Part shown: positions 63,893 through 64,000 of the stretch, piece after piece
How the letters are laid out: each line of letters starts with the position of its first letter
How positions within the stretch are numbered: the first letter of the stretch is position 1
From: the human T2T-CHM13v2.0 reference genome, Homo sapiens
Length of the DNA stretch: 64,000 bases
Assembly (NCBI RefSeq): GCF_009914755.1
Contig: NC_060934.1
Direction: 5' to 3' (one strand)
The notes under the pieces: generated by a model
The model's input: the letters and a program-made list of their open reading frames with translations, nothing else
Told to the model about the DNA's origin: nothing
Databases searched by the model: none
Position numbers and translations under genes: made by a program

Positions 63893-64000
63893 TTAGCTCT
63901 TTCTGGGGCAGTGGGACAGGAAAGAATACCTTGGACCTTAGGGCTACTCTAGTTGTAATGTATTAGTGAGTTATCACTAGAGAAGTTCCACAGTTTAATA

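Overview
Human/hominid genomic DNA. The gene content matches the 10q22.2 locus BMS1P4 - GLUD1P3/DUSP8P5 - SEC24C - FUT11; locus and pseudogene names come from recognition, not a database search. The left ~26 kb is a segmental-duplication mosaic. It holds an unprocessed BMS1 pseudogene on the minus strand (exons 2-9 plus a truncated exon 10, frameshifted in the P-loop). Head-to-head across one CpG island is an unprocessed GLUD1 fragment (exons 2-4) whose intron carries a ~3.75 kb DUSP8 retrocopy. Also present are a 5'-truncated SVA with an apparent 3' transduction and a spliced, 3'-truncated ATXN1L retro-fragment. The right part holds the complete SEC24C gene (22 coding exons, 3285 nt, 1094 aa) and, ~170 bp after its poly(A) site, the complete FUT11 gene (3 exons, 492 aa). 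The most notable signals are a 69-nt cassette exon in SEC24C that duplicates the preceding DPDAIPSP motif and is followed by RBFOX and NOVA motif clusters, a 3-codon uORF overlapping the SEC24C start (TAATG), the SVA transduction, and the shared SEC24C terminator/FUT11 promoter. The region is very Alu-rich, and most ORF-track entries are Alu-derived artefacts. I see no wholly new gene system; the findings are regulatory and evolutionary.
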